Assembly: GCA_035358955.1 (NCBI GenBank)
Contig: DAORXN010000007.1
Span: forward strand, 27,174-91,173
From: Syntrophales bacterium
Lineage (GTDB): Bacteria > Desulfobacterota > Syntrophia > Syntrophales > UBA8958
Direction of reading: 5' to 3'
DNA: 64,000 nt
A model generated the notes under the pieces. The model worked only from the letters and a program-made list of their open reading frames with translations. It was not told the origin of the DNA and did not search any database. Below are positions 62,320-64,000 of the stretch, piece after piece. Position 1 is the stretch's first letter; each line of letters opens with the position of its first letter. Made by a program: the position numbers and the translations under genes.

Positions 62320-63906
62320 ATGGCAAAGCGGGTACTTATTAGCGATTCCCTATCCCGTGAAGGGGTAGAAGTTTTCAAACAGGCTCCGGGGATCGAAGTG
62401 GACGTTATGACCAATCTTACCCCCGATGAACTCAAGGGCGTAATCAAGGAGTATGACGGGCTCGTCATCCGGTCGGCCACAAAAGTAACGAAGGAAATCA
62501 TCGATCATGCCGAAAATTTGAAGGTGATAGGCAGGGCAGGAAGTGGCCTCGACAACGTAGATATTGTGGCGGCCAGCAAGCGGGGCATTGTCGTCATGAA
62601 TACCCCCGGTGGAAATACGATTACCACGGCCGAACATGCCATTGCCCTCATGCTTTCCCTGGCCCGGAACATTCCTCAAGCGACGGCGTCCATGAAGGCG
62701 GGTAAGTGGGAAAAGAACAAATTTATGGGAAAGGAGCTATACAATAAGAAACTCGGCGTTATCGGCATCGGTCAGGTAGGCTCCATTGTGGCGGATAGGG
62801 CTCAGGGTCTAAAGATGCAGGTTATTGCCTATGATCCCTACATTTCACCAGAGGCGGCGGAAAAGATGGGGATAGCCATGGTAAGCCTGGAAGAACTGTT
62901 GGAGACCGCAGACTTCATAACGGTGCATACACCCTTGTCCAAGGAAACGCGCGGGCTGATAGATGCCAAGGCCTTTTCTCGTATGAAGAAGGGGGTCTTT
63001 ATCATCAATTGTGCCCGGGGTGGGATCGTAAGCGAGAAGGACCTGCTCGATGCCCTGAACTCGGGCCAGGTGGGAGGGGCTGCCCTTGATGTCTTTGAAG
63101 AAGAGCCCACCAAGAACATGGAACTTATCTCCCATCCCAACGTTATCTGTACCCCCCACCTGGGTGCCTCGACGGATGAAGCCCAGATAAATGTGGCCAT
63201 TGCCATCGCCGAGCAGATGGTGGCTTACCTTACGACCGGCGAGATAAGAAATGCCGTCAACTTCCCCTCTGTGAGCGCCGAGATCCTTGCCGTGATAGAA
63301 CCTTACCTGGATCTGGCGGAAAAATTGGGCAAGTTCCACGCCCAGGTCACCAGGGGTGGTATCCAGGAGGTACGGATAGAATACAGCGGGAAGATTCTCG
63401 AGTACGATATTGCCCCCGTCACCATTGCCTTACTCAAGGGTTTGCTCACGCCCAGCCTGGGTGATACGGTGAATTACATCAACGCGCCACTCCTTGCCAA
63501 GGAGAGGGGCATTGGTGTCATTGAGGCAAGGAGCTCGGAGTTAAAGGATTATACAAGCTTTATAACCCTGATAACGAAAACGCCCAAGGAGAAACTCATG
63601 ACGGCGGGGACCCTGTTCGGTCTCAAAGATCCCCGTATCGTGCGTCTCAACGACTTTGTTCTTGACGTCGTGCCGGAGGGTTATATGCTCGTCGTCTACA
63701 ACGAGGATCGCCCGGGGGTGATAGGGAACATAGGAGCGACCCTCGGGGGGGAGAATATTAACATTGCCCGACTGCATTTGAGTCGGGAACAGAGGGAAAA
63801 GCAGGCCCTCGTAATTTTAAGCACCGATACCCCGGTGACCAAAGAGGTGGTGGAAAAACTTAAGACCCTGCCTCATGTGATTTCCGTGACCGTTTTAGAA
63901 ATGTGA
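62320..63906 (+). CDS. serA: D-3-phosphoglycerate dehydrogenase
   Basis: The ATG at 62320 follows AGAGGAG and gives MAKRVLISDSL. NAD motif GVIGIGQVGSIVA, catalytic ..CTPHLGAST.., C-terminal ACT domain. The track start at 62215 overlaps serC. Confidence 0.95.
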   Translation: MAKRVLISDSLSREGVEVFKQAPGIEVDVMTNLTPDELKGVIKEYDGLVIRSATKVTKEIIDHAENLKVIGRAGSGLDNVDIVAASKRGIVVMNTPGGNTITTAEHAIALMLSLARNIPQATASMKAGKWEKNKFMGKELYNKKLGVIGIGQVGSIVADRAQGLKMQVIAYDPYISPEAAEKMGIAMVSLEELLETADFITVHTPLSKETRGLIDAKAFSRMKKGVFIINCARGGIVSEKDLLDALNSGQVGGAALDVFEEEPTKNMELISHPNVICTPHLGASTDEAQINVAIAIAEQMVAYLTTGEIRNAVNFPSVSAEILAVIEPYLDLAEKLGKFHAQVTRGGIQEVRIEYSGKILEYDIAPVTIALLKGLLTPSLGDTVNYINAPLLAKERGIGVIEARSSELKDYTSFITLITKTPKEKLMTAGTLFGLKDPRIVRLNDFVLDVVPEGYMLVVYNEDRPGVIGNIGATLGGENINIARLHLSREQREKQALVILSTDTPVTKEVVEKLKTLPHVISVTVLEM

Positions 63907-63918
63907 AGGATCGGAGCC

Positions 63919-64000
63919 ATGGCCAACGTAGCCGTTATCGGAACCCAATGGGGAGATGAGGGGAAAGGGAAGGTCGTGGATCTGTATGCCGAGGGAGCCG
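63919..64000 (+). CDS. purA: Adenylosuccinate synthetase, N-terminal fragment (continues beyond the window)
   Basis: My translation [27 protein letters not shown] contains the PurA P-loop [11 protein letters not shown]. Confidence 0.85.
   Translation, partial: MANVAVIGTQWGDEGKGKVVDLYAEGA

Noticed and set aside
1-64000. I looked for CRISPR arrays, tRNA/rRNA genes, transposases, integrases, phage genes, toxin-antitoxin pairs and defence-system signatures.
   Set aside because: I saw no direct-repeat/spacer arrays, no cloverleaf-capable gaps and no ORFs with transposase, integrase or nuclease-helicase defence motifs. Intergenic gaps are short and are accounted for by promoters, leaders and riboswitches. 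A covariance-model or HMM scan would be needed to exclude small ncRNAs definitively.

Overview
This is a gene-dense 64-kb chromosomal window with about 60 protein genes, many overlapping by a few nt. Gene content suggests an anaerobic, deltaproteobacterium-like (Thermodesulfobacteriota-like) organism; that is inference only. I saw no rRNA, tRNA, CRISPR array, transposase, integrase or phage genes. Gene content by region: (1) 1-15.8 kb is an acyl-CoA / beta-oxidation-type cluster. It holds an HMG-CoA lyase-like gene, hbd, three thiolases (one paired with a DUF35 protein), an acyl-CoA dehydrogenase, an AbfD-type 4-hydroxybutyryl-CoA dehydratase, a frameshifted acyl-CoA ligase, an SDR and a family III CoA-transferase. 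A divergent sigma-54 activator and a good -24/-12 promoter candidate sit beside it. (2) 15.8-38 kb is housekeeping and redox: DAHP synthase, GlcDF-like oxidase, secreted transglutaminase, nnr, polyprenyl synthase, rimO, ftsK, plsC, citrate synthase, flavodoxin plus flavin-reductase/rubredoxin fusion, B12-radical SAM, feoAB fusion and crotonase. (3) 39.6-44.9 kb is ilvBNCD, preceded by a Leu/Val-rich leader peptide and two tandem intrinsic terminators, which looks like a leader-peptide attenuator. (4) 47.3-54.2 kb is the most unusual part. Two minus-strand copies of the fluoride (crcB-motif) riboswitch lie 2.1 kb apart. One has a terminator platform in front of a dynamin-like GTPase plus prenyltransferase-repeat protein operon. 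The other has an anti-Shine-Dalgarno platform in front of a cation/proton antiporter. They are flanked by an SRAP (YedK-like) gene and a Y-family DNA polymerase whose consensus promoter contains a GAAC-N4-GTTC LexA-type box. (5) 54.2-64 kb is housekeeping: cobO, trmJ-like, elbB, nadB, radA, serC, serA and the purA start. Other oddities are a rimO whose essential N-terminal Cys is encoded upstream of any canonical start codon, and four convergent gene pairs that share overlapping stop codons. All calls come from reading the sequence and ORF translations by eye. No searches were run.
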